This document shows, in pieces, positions 52,001 to 64,000 of a DNA stretch of 64,000 nt. The notes beneath the pieces are model-generated. The model saw nothing but the letters and a program-made list of their open reading frames with translations. It was not told the DNA's origin and ran no database searches. Origin of the DNA: Takakia lepidozioides (taxonomy: Eukaryota; Plantae; Bryophyta); NCBI GenBank assembly GCA_030704615.1, contig CM060733.1:38192001-38256000 (forward strand). Direction: 5' to 3'. Position 1 is the first letter of the stretch; each line of letters begins with the position of its first letter. A program made the position numbers and the translations under genes.

Positions 52001-52515
52001 GGAAGGTACCCAATCTCACGACAAAACTCCATTTCTATCGAGAAACATTCTTGGTTGTCCGAGATGATAGAACCTTGCAACCCAATTACCTTTCGGCATC
52101 TTTATCTCCTTTTCTCCTGAGGGCATTGGGGCGGTTTAGGGTGGGCTCCCACAACCTACAGATATACACTGGCAGATGGCCGGAAAACCTACAGCGGGAG
52201 GACGACCTATGTCCAGCTTGCACAGGGCGCAGCCATGGAATTGAAACTGAAGAACACTTCTTCTTCTATTGCCATCTATACTATGAGATCTGTGGGAGAT
52301 TCCACTGTCTATTCCGTGGAACCCAATCTCTCACTGAAGTCTTCCACTATGAAGATCAGAAATGCTTGGTAGCTTACCTACAAGAGGCACTCACCCTTAG
52401 ACAATCACTCAAGCAATAGTTTTTATCTTTGGCTTTGGCTTTGTTTCCTCTCTCATGTTTTCTTCTATAAGCTCTATGAGCTTTCCACAGACGTTGTAAA
52501 GCACCATTTCATTTC
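49090..52515 (+). mobile_element. Two head-to-tail degenerate RTE/RTEX-like LINE 3' segments (~49090-51120 and ~51122-52515)
   Basis: GVKQGCPLSPILFGIYID, YADDVALL, FRVGSHNLRIETGRW, LCPAC...EEHFFFYC. Each copy ends in AAAGCACCATTTCATTTC. The clade name is tentative. Confidence 0.85.
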
Positions 52516-53534
52516 TTTCTCTCTCTTTGAAGACTTTCGCTCTGCACACAACCCAGAGTAGGGGCAGATGCCTTCCCCATGCACATCATTTCTGTGACCT
52601 AAACATAGGGCTATCAAACTGAAATCAATAACCCTGCAAACGGTCTGTCAAGTTTGCATGCGGACAAGTGCCTCTGTGAGAGCCTTGGCAGCTGTGGAAG
52701 AATAAATTTATTTCTGCAGCAGCTGAGTTGCAGGGCTAAGCTAAACCCTGGGTGGTGTGAATCCCACAAAAGGCTCCGGGAGCAATGGCCATAACCAACA
52801 ATTGCAGAGAATGGCACAAGTACATTCTCTTTGAAGGCTGGAAACCAAGTTAGGCATATAACTTCGAGGACCTGAAGGGCCTAACTACCCTTGGCACTAG
52901 ACTGAATTTAAACTCAGGGCAGGGAGTATACCTCGAACAATAAACAGATGCAGAGAGAAAAGGTCACAGCCAACCAACAAACCAACAGGATTGTGCTCCT
53001 TGTGGAGCCCCAGACTACCCCTTCACATTTGTTATTCACACCATCCCTGCAGCAGGTCGTGCTAGCAAAGAGAGAAGTGAGGGAGGTCCTTTCAGCCATT
53101 TCAGCCAGCAGAAGGTACACAACTCAGCAGTACCTCTTTCAGCTCCAGAGGGAGGGGGTGGTGGTCTCATGAGAGTAAGCAACCATTCCTAAAAGGAAGG
53201 TGTTACTAAGTAGACCAAGGACTTAGCAAGCAAGGGCACACATAGAAGCACTTGGTTAATTAAAACTTAGTAAAAGTGGTTGCAGCCACAAATGTTACGC
53301 AAGCATCTGCCATCCACCACACAGGTGCTCAACCCAGACCAGTTCATACGAGTTAAGTAACTTGCTAATCTATGCTTCAGCAACACATTACCCAGCTTTC
53401 AAATTGTGCGCAAAGCCTCCTCATGACCCACTTTTACAAAAGGAAGCAAGACAACCCTCAAAGGTCATCTCAAGTATGTGCTTCTTAACCACTGAGCTGA
53501 TTGGGAGGCATTAAAAGGAGTTTTCAGAAGAGGG

Positions 53535-54050
53535 AAATGAAATGAAATGGTATTTTATAACGTCCACGGAAAGCTCATAGAGCTTGTGGGACAAAATGGA
53601 AGAAAACATGAGAGAGGAAACAAAACCGGAGCCAAAAATAAGAACTATTGCTCGAGTGGTTGTCTAAGGGTGAATGCCTCGTGCAGGTAACCCGCCAAGC
53701 ATTTCTGATCCACATAGTCGAAGACTTCAGTGAGAGATTGGGTTCCACGGAATAGACAGTGGAATCTCCCACGGATCTCATACTATAGAGGGCAATAGAA
53801 GAAGAATTGTTTCTTCAGTTTCAATTTCCTGGTTGCGCCCTATGCAAGCTGGACATAGGCGGTCCTCCCGTTGCAGGTTTTCCCATCTACCAGTCTTTAT
53901 CCGTAGGTTGTGGGAACCCACCCTGAACCGCTCCAATGCCCCAATGTAGTTCCATAAGCTCCTTTCTAATGAGTCTGTTGCGGTCTTGCTAGGATGTGAT
54001 GTCCACCCCTTCTGGATTCACTGGTAATAGTGAAGCAACATAGAGTCCAT
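53535..54050 (-). mobile_element. Third, 5'-truncated copy of the same LINE, in inverse orientation
   Basis: Reverse complement of ~50500-51120, with an internal deletion and a (CATTT)n tail. Confidence 0.85.
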
Positions 54051-54074
54051 TGGTGGGGGGAAGAAAGCACGCAC

Positions 54075-54269
54075 AATGACTTCAACTTCAATGGGAACCT
54101 TGGTATCGCGATGCTGGTGTATAAATCAATGTAGTCAACGTTCAGCTGCTCAAACATAGGCTGCATCAACGTACTCTGGATCCCCCATTATGCCCATGTT
54201 CCCTTCCTCATCAAAGTGCAGGGCGATTTTGATGACTATTCGCACCTCATCCCGGATGCCTTTGATTTC
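54075..54269 (-). pseudogene. Aldo-keto reductase exon-2-like fragment
   Basis: After a TTTGCAG acceptor: EIKGIRDEVRIVIK...GDPEYVDAA..EQLNVDYIDLY-QHRDTKVPIE, frameshifted. Confidence 0.75.
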
Positions 54270-54775
54270 CTGCAAACAACCCACACCTCCGTCGTTGTCT
54301 CAAAAAGCAAGTACATGCGGAGGCGGTGCTCCTATCCACGGATCCTTTCTAAGACATTGGGTACTCAGCTTTTCACATGAGAAACAAAGGACAACATTGC
54401 AGATGTGCAACTCGACCATCACAGTCCTTCTTGAGCACATCAGAATGGAGGCGATTATAAATGTCTTATCCGTGAGGCAATGAACCAACTTCAGAAGCCA
54501 TGGCAGGCTTGGTGTGAAGACAGCAGAACGAAGCTCTGCCAGTTGGCTTACTAATATCGGCAGGGCGAAATTGTACGCTACAGTCGTGGAGCCAATGCGA
54601 TGAAGATTAAGTCAGATGGTAGGTACTCTCGTTTTGTGATGGTTGCACGTGAGGTTGAAAGAAGGAGCCAGGTGACGCCATCGCTCTGACCAGCTAGTGT
54701 GCGAAAAACCAAGAAGGTACAGAAAGGCAGTGGGTTTCGTTTGTGAATTGCAGATTGCAGCTGGAGAACCCGTCC

Positions 54776-54988
54776 ATGGCATCACTCCCTTCGATTCCCC
54801 GCGTCAATCTTCGTTCTCAGGGACTGGAGGTATTTGCACAGAGACTGGGAAGCATCGGCATCTCAGGTACCTGTAGCCCTCCAAAGTCGGAGGAGAAGAT
54901 GATCGAGCTAATCCGCCATGCCCTGGAGCTTGGCTTTACCTTCTTCGACAGCTCGAACTGCTTCACTGACGCAGTCTACCCGGGCGAG
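54776..54988 (+). pseudogene. Aldo-keto reductase exon-1-like fragment (plant AKR, perakine-reductase-like)
   Basis: MASLPSIPRVNLRSQGLEV...IELIRHALELGFTFFDSS followed by a GTGAGA donor. The GLGCMG and DxxxxY motifs are degraded and no downstream plus-strand exons were found. Confidence 0.78.
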
Positions 54989-55962
54989 GTGAGATTTCAG
55001 TCCGATTTCCATCTAATTCTTGAGGTTTTAACTGCTTGTGTGCTTTATATTTATCGTACTTATTGATACTTCCCCTTGTTGGCAATGGGTAAACAACCAT
55101 CTGGAAATACCATGGGACGGTGGCAATGCATTGGAACTAGTGTGCCAACCATCACATTCTCTGATCGCAGACACTTTTAAGTGGTCATCTTAGGGAAATA
55201 TACGAATATGCTCACTCCCTCGTTGCCAGTGGAAGCCCGTGGCAATGGTGGCGGATCTCACAAGGACAGTCAGGCTTTGTCATCTCCAACTTTCACTTTA
55301 ATGTTGAGCGTTTCAAATAGGCTTTTATTTCTGAGACATGTCTGCTGTCCATTTCTTTGCAATCAGCATCTAAGATTAGGCAAGGATTTGAGCTCATCAA
55401 GATCTTCTTAGTACGGTGACAGAACTTCAGTTGGTCATTTTAAGAATACTGAGAGTACCTAGACTATATAGGCCTTGATCGTAAGTACTGCATGCCACTG
55501 CTACTGTGTTGTAGCTGCCATTCAGCTGGATTGCAGAGGACCAGCTTACTCTCAGACTTTGCAACACACCTTGAAGGTACATGGAAGTTTCAAGTATAGT
55601 GAGTGAGAGGGTAACTCAAACCTGCTCTGCTTACAGTTCAAATGTATACACAAACCATTGATTCTAAGCTTTTATGAGACCCACAAAGAGTTGAGACTAC
55701 TCAGGTAAAGTCTCTCTGAACCTATCTATCTCCAGTGCAAATGACATCTTATGAGTACATTCTATCTCTCTCGAGCACATACAAACACACCCATTATAAT
55801 TACATGAAGGGCCAATGGGCTGAGCTCTTGATGCAGCCACTACTCATGAAAGCAAATATCTATCCCTTGAGCACTGAGAAACTACTCTTTAGTTGTTTTT
55901 CACTCACTTGGAGATGCCACTTCCGTGAGGATGTGGCAATGGGATGCCACTGACAAAGATTC

Positions 55963-58619
55963 TCATGGGAGAATCTTGATAGGTCTCATCATTTGATTGT
56001 CTTCATGGTCCAGAATCTGTCCATAGTGAGCTCCAAGTTAGACATTAGCCAAAGGTCAACACTAAATCCAAGCACAGTTCAACCTTCGTTCTTCATAAAT
56101 TCCCTTGAAAAAATTCTCTTACATCGTGATTATTGAACAATGACTACCATAGATACTAGCAATACAATGGAAACAGCACTTGCACTGTGGCCTGAGCAAG
56201 GTATGTACAACAGCAAAGGAAAATGGGTTGATGAACACTTACATGGCAGTGGTAGGAATACCCAGGCTCAGCAGACACATTGAAAGGGAAGGGTTGGTTG
56301 CTGAGAAGGGCAAAGCGCACAAGCACACTTGTCACATGGCCAGGTACCATTTTGAAGACATTCTTCCACCCAGACTCACTTGGAGGGGGGCTAGTTATTT
56401 GTCCAGAAGTATGCCTCCACACATTGCAATGATCATACCCTGCCTGCTCGATACACACTTCTAACCCCTCAGGGTAGGTCACTTTCCGACGCTGGAGCAC
56501 CATGAAGTCGGCCAAATGCACATGCACCGGGTGGTTGTCATCAGTGAGATTAATGATGTGCCATAGCTCCGTGGTGCCCGCTCTTGGGGTCTCTGTGGCA
56601 GGTGCACTGAAGGGAAGGCCATTGAGCAGCAAGTGGGTAGGAGAACCAAAGATCTTGGATTCATATTCCAACAGAGTGATATATCGGATGTGGCTGGCCT
56701 CCAGACTGTTGGGGTGTGGCAGGACCATCAAATGCTGCGGAATGCGGCTATCATCTACACTGGGACGCACTTGTCTCTGCACGATGAACTTGAGGACCTT
56801 GCCATTCTGCTCGTTTACAGGTGATCCAGATGGGTAAGGATAGACGGCACTGTTGGTTAATATTATCTCTTCGCTTGGGGACCTGCTAAAATCGACGATC
56901 ACATCTGCTTGTTCTGATGGCGCCAGGAGAATATCTGTGACTGTGACTGGCGAAGACAAGTAGTTGGAGTCGGAACCAATCTGTGTAAATGAGAGGCCAT
57001 TGCTGAGCGCAAACCTGAAAAAGCGTGCATTGCTGGAATTCACAATGCGGAATCGGTACTTACGCCTTTCCACCTTCAAATAAGGCCATGCCTTGCCATT
57101 CACAATGATGACATCTCCAAAATACTCTGGCTGCACCCATTTCAAAATCAAATCAGATAGGTGAAGCGCTTCCTTGGGACCCTCGAACAGTCAGCTGTCA
57201 AAACCTGACTCTTGTATCAGATAAGACAAGCTTGAACCCTCTATTGCAGTGGTGCACTAGCAATCAATGGTAACACCATAGTATAGTTCAGAACCTAGAT
57301 TGCTTGTTTTCCATAGAAGTCCCACCCAGCCACTCTCTACAGTGGGTCTTCAGGTTCACAGGTCTCTCACCTGCCATGCTGGGTGAATTGTGGGGTTGTC
57401 TCCCTTAGAGTAGAAGTAGACAGATCCATTCTTGAAGAAACTTCGGTCGAATATCATGAGAGTGCGATCATACTTAGGCCCTGATGGTAAGTGCCATGTA
57501 TCTTCAATAGAGGGATCATGTAAGTGATAGCTTCCGAGAAGCCCCGCCAAGAGGTTGACCCGCGTCAGTCCCATTGCATGATCATGGTACCACATGTTTC
57601 CTGGCAATGCCACATTGTGGTAGTGTGAAACCCGGCTCTGCCAGGTTGGACCCGTCTCCACAAATCCTTCTGTGAACCAGGCCAAAGCGTGCCCATCGCT
57701 GGCGGGTTCAGTCTTTCCCCCGTGCAAATGCACAACAGTAGGGACCCCATGCCCAGACTTGGGTGTGGCCTCGTAAATCGTGGAATCGCAAGGAAACAGA
57801 TGCTTGCAGGGCAGATGATTTTCCCAACTTATGTAGGTGGACACTCCCCTGCGCGCATGAATGGTGGGCCCTGGCACGGTGGCCGTTTCACGAGTCGTCC
57901 CGTATGCAAAAACGGGACTAGAAGGCAGGTCTCGGTGGTACTTCTGCAACCTCCCAGAGGTGGAAGAAGATTAGTACAGATCCACTTACATATTGGAAGC
58001 CCGTGTCATAAAACGATAGCAGGTCGGAATCACATTGGAACTTAGACACACATTAGATTATGCATAAAAATCTACAACACATTGATTTCATGGGAGGCAG
58101 GCCTGACTAAAGACCTTTCAAGTATTCAAGCATAAGTTCGTCACCCTCCCTCAGTAGATTGCAAGTAGGTTATCATGGAGAATAGGTTCTTGATACCACT
58201 GCTAGGAGAAATCATGAAGAGCGGGGAGAGAGAGAGAGAGAGAGAGAGAACTTCTGAATGCACTCAACGAACACTCACGACCTTCACGGGACTGAAACAT
58301 AGGGAAAATGTATCAAGAGATGAGGCCTTACCCATTTTGTCGCGAACATTCCAATTGCAAGAGCTGCAGGACTGATCACACCCTGTTCTTCGCGGTAGCC
58401 GTTGAGTCGAGGCATGTCTGGGAGCTCATCCACAAATTGCGGCAGAGTAATACTGGGTCCAGCAGGGTCCACAACCTGGCATTCAACTAGTGAGGTGATG
58501 GTGTGCAGCAGCAGGACACTTACTGTCACCACCCACACAGCCTCGTATCGAGACCTTTGCTTACATTGTTGTATTTCTGCCTTCCCCCTGTCATTCCCCT
58601 GCTGTCTCACAACAGTCAT
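55963..58619 (-). CDS. LPR1: Multicopper oxidase LPR1/LPR2-like (CotA-like), 4 exons, ~600 aa
   Basis: Exons 58619-58332, 57943-57371, 57130-56243, 56016-55963, all phase 0 GT-AG. Copper ligands VHLHGG, WYHDHAMG, HPVHVHL, YHCH|ILDHEDNQMMRP. Hydrophobic N-terminal segment. Confidence 0.93.
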
Positions 58620-60333
58620 CTTGACGGAACACGGGAAAGTGTCAAGCGCCACTCTAGTATTTTAGTTCCAGGAGCCCTGGTCACAAATCTGCTATACAAA
58701 ACTGCCGTCTTGGGCGTTGCTCCAGCTGCGTGTTGAATGTTCTGCTCAGCTCGCAGGAGCGAAACAATACTGAAGTCAAGACTCAAGCATACTGAGAAGC
58801 GAGTAACGTCACATATGCCAGATACAAGGCTCAGCAGTTTAGCAAATGTTCGCAGCCAGAAAGGGCCTGCAGAGCTTCACGTCGATTTTGGACTTGGGCG
58901 GCCAGTACCGAGAAATATATATAGTCACAGATCAAATAGTCAAACGAACAGACAGCAGCTCTCAGAACGAGAGGCAGAGCGCGATATATTTGAAACCAAA
59001 AGAGCCAGACCCATTCACAGGCTGAGCTGAACAGCACGCCAACGTTCCCACTATCGTCACCTCAATGGGCGCTGATATCTCCCACAACTCCCGACTTCCA
59101 CTCGTGACTTAATACCTTAGCTACACGACAAGCTCATCCTCCTCCTCTCCTCTCGGACCGAAATCCCACAGCCTGTCACGCGTCTTACGCGGGCACAAGG
59201 CAGACTCGATCGACACTCCCTCACAGGTACCTAAGGAACTGCAGAAGCTCTCTCAGCAGCTGCCTCAGCGGGCGGTGTGTGGTACTGTTGTTCCCACCAC
59301 CTCCAGACGATGGCGGCGGGCTACGCAGAACAGTTCCAGGCCACGCACACCTCAATCAATGCTCATAAACCCCATGCAGAGCCTCTTTAATGTGACTAGT
59401 AACTAGTTCTCCCTTCCCTGGAGGCACCCTAACTTAGTTCCCCTACGGTCCACCACAACACCCATCTCATACCGTCCCACCTCTCTCGTGTTTCCCACGA
59501 GTCTTGTCAAGCCTTCTGCACCCTGCAGGTTAGTAAGTAGGTAACATTGTATGACATTGCCACTCCACCACCTGCACCCTGCTTCCTCCATACTTAACTT
59601 AATCAACCCACTTCCTGCATCTTGTCAATGTCCCCAGACCTCCTCCCATGCAACACTAGGTAGACTGGACGTACTCTGCATGCTACCAACTTCCATTCCA
59701 GTTTCAATTTCACAGCTTCTCTCTCAAATGCCTATTGATGGTCTCTTCGTCTCTTCACAACACACTGCGTCCTCTATTGTTGTTTGCTGTTTGCTAGCAA
59801 CAAGGTGGGAATAGATAGATAGCTGTGCAGTGTGATGGGAGTATTGTGGGAGTTTCCCGTGCAAGCTGCTGGGGATCGATAGATAATTCAGAATCCAGGG
59901 GGTGGCCCGATGTTATATTGGGCGGGGGTGGGGGGGTGTTTTTGAGGTTTGACCCAGCCTGGTGAACGGGCGGGTCGGGACAGCCCGACGATCAAGGGGG
60001 CTACTAGGCCCACCCAGATGAATTTCTGGCGGATGAGATTGAAATGGATGTGGTTAAATGTTGGATGAATGTCGTGCATGCAGAGTAAGGTGAAGGTCGG
60101 TGGACTCAACTTTAACTTTAGTAGATATGAATGCTTTTTTTTAGGTCTGTCATGGATTAATGGTAGTTAACGCTTGCCTTTTCATAACCGTAGGATCTCC
60201 TGACATCCGTTAGATATTTTCTTTTTTCATTGGACGGTCGGGATTGAGGGGTCCTTAGCACTTCTGTTTTTCAACCTAAGATTTGGTCTCATCCAAAAAA
60301 TGAAGGGGGCAATTGTGGAGGTAATTACATTTT

Positions 60334-60557
60334 TTCTTTTTTTCTTTTTTTCTTTTTTAAACACCTGGGAGCGACAGCTCACAAATCAGGTCCCTTAATA
60401 GTGAGAGGAGAAAATAACCTCTTTCACAGTAGCCCGCCATGGCGTAGGAATGGGGCACCCCAGGAACCATACCACACCCGTCAGTAGCAGGATTTGACCC
60501 CAGAATCGTCTGGGTGGCACTCAGTGCACTTAACCAACTGAGCTACTGACTGCTGGT
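60334..60557 (-). mobile_element. tRNA-derived SINE with A-rich tail
   Basis: Starts ACCAGCAGTCAGTAGCTCAGTTGG on the minus strand. TSD ATTACATTTT at 60324-60333 and 60558-60567. Confidence 0.88.
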
Positions 60558-62036
60558 ATTACATTTTGTAGCTCTAATGCTCTCTTTGATTTGATTTTTC
60601 AGTGCATCTCATAAAGTGTGTAATTCTCCATTCAACATTCCTTTGGCAAGTCGTATCATACTTACCCCTTCCCTTGGGTAAGTATGCGGTATGCGGTATG
60701 CGGTATGCGGTATGCCGAGGTTACTTTGAACGACCGTATTTTCTCCTATCATTGTAATTAAAAGAGTTCACGGTTTAAGCTTTAAGCACTTGGTACTCTC
60801 CTTGTAGGCCCTTCAGGGTCCCTGGTGGTTATTTTTTCACCCTTTTAATGCATTATGGGCTTCGTCCCTTTTCCAAGAAAGTAAAATTAAAATTAAGAGG
60901 GGCCTGCGGATTTGTATATATACCGTATATGTAATATATGTATGAGACTTGAGTGTGTGTGAAATTGGTGAGGCAGCAGCAGCTTTCAAGTTTTCATCAA
61001 TCACTTGTCTTGCTCATCCAGTCATTTATGATACACAACTAAAGTCAACCCGGTTAATAACGTAATAACTACCAAACTATCAGTTGTCATACACTGGCCC
61101 TGGTAGCAGCTGTAATAACTCTCTTCTACCACTGTCCTTGCTGTCAACTTCTACTCCCTAGAATTTTACAGGGACAAATAAACACTGACTAACATTTGTT
61201 ATTTAGAAAGGATCACATGACACAGGCTCCCACAATATGTAGTATTGTTTGTCAAAGTCCTGTTTAGTAATAAGGGAGTTGCCAGCCCACTGTCACTTTT
61301 CTACTGAGCAAGCCACCCATGACTTTACTTGGGAGCCTTTTGAAAGAAACCTTTATCTTTTACTTTGTAAGTTATGTAAGATTGCGCAGAGTGACCCGCA
61401 AGTCCAAAGTGTGATCAGCGGTGGGTAGCTCGAGCTGATATGTGCCTCAAATCGTGCTACCGACTTGTGTCACCTTCCCTGCCCCACCATCCGTTTCCAT
61501 ACATTGTACTTAGTATGTCTGAAGTGGCCAGGCTCTTGGTGGCAAAGTGGATATTGTTAATTTGGATGATTGTAGGAGGGTTTTCATGGACACGTCCACT
61601 AGGTAGAGCTCCTGATGGTGCCTTGTATATATGTGTTTCAGACATACCGTAGCTTTAGAAGAAAGAGCAAGTGTTGTGTTGTCACGGCCTCTAGTGTCCA
61701 TACCAGTGTCGTTCTGGTATCAGGTTTAGGACATACCAGACTGGTCGTGGTACCAGCGTATCACAAAACTTTCATACCAAGTCTGGTCTATATAATGGTG
61801 GATATATTTTTTTCTAGATACTGGTATAAGTATGAGTATGAGATATACATTCTAAAGCCATCTTCGATTACAAGTTTATCAAATAGCAAGTATCAAGTGA
61901 AAACAAATACACATAATAAGTACAAGCATGTAAGCGTATGTACACATAAGTTAGTATAGTGCATATACCAGAGTAGATGAGGAAGACTGGGGGGGGTACT
62001 GGTATTGTGGCTGGTATGAAAAAACTGATACCAGCC

Positions 62037-62731
62037 TGTAGTGGGAAGGCTGATCCGGCAGTGAAGTGCCGAATATTTATTTTCTTTACAACAAAACGCT
62101 TGGGCACAACTTAAGGAAATTTCTAGATTTTATGGCAATGCCAGGATGAGATTTTAAGTAATTCGACAGTGACTCCATGCATGAACTTGCTCTATCTACT
62201 GCACCCTAAGAGAATTATGTACCAACAGTCAGTAGCTCAGATGGTTAAGTGCACTAAGTGCCACCCAGATGATTCCGGGGTCAAATCTTGCTACTGACGG
62301 GTGTGGTATGGTTCCTGGGCGGTGTCCCACTCATTCGCCTCCATGGTGCATAAATGAAAGAGGTTATTTTCTCCTCTCACTTACTAAGGGGCCATATTTG
62401 TGAGCTGGCGCTCCCAGGTGTTCCCTTTTTTCAAAAAAAAAAAAAAAAAAACAAATTATGTGGGTTGTTAAGAGCCATGAGAGTCAATCATCAAATGCAG
62501 TGATTGTTCAGCCAACTATTCTAGGATTTCTCAAAGCTAAGGAAAATATCTTCCTATAGCTTTATGCCTTGAAACATGCATTTGGAGATTTGATATTTGG
62601 AGTTTGTTTGAGATTATAGGCATTTTTTTTGTAAAGTTTCTGGAATTTCGGCAGTTTTTCCTAAATTTTCACTTAATTATTAGGCAGATTCATTTCTAAT
62701 TATTTGTGCCGGATCGGCCTTCCCACTACGG
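62037..62731. mobile_element. Nested non-autonomous TIR element of unclear superfamily
   Basis: GTAGTGGGAAGGCTGATCCGGCA / TGCCGGATCGGCCTTCCCACTAC inverted repeats. Absent from the sister MITE at ~46825 (CCAGCC|TGGTC). No clean TSD. Confidence 0.75.
62221..62453 (+). mobile_element. tRNA-derived SINE with poly(A) tail
   Basis: ACCAACAGTCAGTAGCTCAGATGG...GGGTCAAATC...poly(A). TSD AATTATGT at 62213-62220 and 62454-62461. Confidence 0.9.
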
Positions 62732-64000
62732 TGGTCTGGTATATGACCAAGTATTCTCCCAAATGACACCAGACTGGTCTGATATTTAATACCAGTGCAT
62801 ATACGAGTACTTCACCTATATACCAGACCAACACTGGTCCATTCCCAACTGGGACTCGGACTCTTCTCGTCAGTGTCTCAAATGAGCGAAGAAAACTCCT
62901 TCACTCTCATGTGTGTCGGTAGATCGATTAAGTTTAGGGCTTCCTCCCCATTCTTTCAAAGAAAAAGAGAAAAAATGAAGGTAACACATGAACTTAGGAT
63001 ATTCCTTTCAGTAAGTGTTGCCAGTCATTTAACTAGACTAACAAGTGGCCTAAGCCAAAGGGACCAATTAATCAATTGAGGCGTCCTAAGTCCTAACGTC
63101 CTAACCAAACCACATTTGCTGTTGCAAGTCACACAGAATTCTGTGGTTTTCAGGGTCAGGGTCTCTCCACATTCAGAATGTGTTCCCTGGCCCCAGTGAT
63201 TGCACCACCTTCCAATGAAGACTCTGTGCTTCTTTCGGACAATCCTAGGGTAACCTTTCCTTATGTCTTAATCTGATTCTTTAGGGTCCTTTCTGAAAGT
63301 TTACTGGCCACCCTAGTCTAATCTGAGTGCCTGTTCTTTTCTCTCCAGTTCTGAACTTCAGTATCTACTCTGAAAGTAATAGCCCACATGTGGTGCGCTC
63401 ATGGCCTACTGCTTTCCTTCAGCCACAGCCTAGCATAATGGAGACCATAGAGCACACATGCAGTTCTTGAGGGGTTCGTATTTTTTGTCCCATTTGTGCA
63501 TCGACAGAAATGCCACCTCATCAAAGATCAAAACATGAAACACACTGACTCATAAGATCATATACCAGCAAACCAGAAGTCCAAAATGTTAATCACAGTC
63601 AACAAATAGTCTTTCAGCAGTATTAAGCATATCTGAGTACCATACATCATTTGCCCTGGTGATTCTCCCATGCCACTTGGCCAGAAAAGTGAAGCCACCC
63701 TGATGCTATTCAAGATATTCTCCTAGAGTTTGATCAGGCAATGGTGCACAAATGTCTCACCTTAAGATTTTGAAGTGGAATTGATAAATTAACAATGTAC
63801 AGGAGGTCCCTTGGACACTGGAGTTGAACAAGAAGAGAGCTAACCACTCATAAAAAGGAAGTAACTCCAATGTGTACAACAAGCACACGGCTACCTCCTG
63901 TATTATATAAAAGAGAAAGTGGGGACACTGGCCAAAGGCAGTCACCAAGAGACTCCTCCCCCAGAGTAGTCACCAAAGAGCTACTCTGTTACAGTTCTCA

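Larger units (their letters stand above)
61704..62836. mobile_element. hAT-type MITE (sister of 28531-46944) containing a nested TIR element
   Basis: Ends CAGTGTCG / CAACACTG. TSD GTCCATAC (61696-61703) / GTCCATTC (62837-62844). Confidence 0.85.

Noticed and set aside
60683-60716. (GCGGTAT)n heptamer run as a telomere-like repeat
   Set aside because: Only about 4 copies and not the plant TTTAGGG motif; an ordinary minisatellite.
62221-62300. tRNA gene (also 48050 and 60557)
   Set aside because: The tRNA-like head is followed by a shared non-tRNA body, a tail and a TSD, so it is a SINE.

Overview
Repeat-rich nuclear DNA from a land plant, judged from GT-AG introns and plant gene families. 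An early-diverging lineage such as a lycophyte or fern is plausible, but the species cannot be fixed from sequence alone. Host genes: a CYP85-clan (CYP722-like) P450 with a premature stop, an OMA1 mitochondrial M48 protease, Sec61-beta, a broken and partly inverted aldo-keto reductase, and an LPR1-like multicopper oxidase. Between Sec61-beta and LPR1 lie about 40 kb of transposons. These include a 13.9 kb Mutator-like element (about 1.3 kb TIRs, transposase plus a convergent Ulp1-protease gene), several hAT-type MITEs with 8-bp TSDs, tRNA-derived SINEs and LINEs. An 18.4 kb nest runs MITE > L1 LINE > Ty3/gypsy element > TIR element. The stand-out is the Ty3/gypsy element (about 29.3-37.4 kb, minus strand). 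Its polyprotein carries a full set of C5 cytosine DNA methyltransferase motifs between protease and reverse transcriptase, and a PHD finger at the integrase C-terminus, so it encodes both a chromatin writer and a chromatin reader. This copy is decayed (stops, frameshifts, no 5' LTR seen). All assignments come from motif reading by eye; no searches were run.
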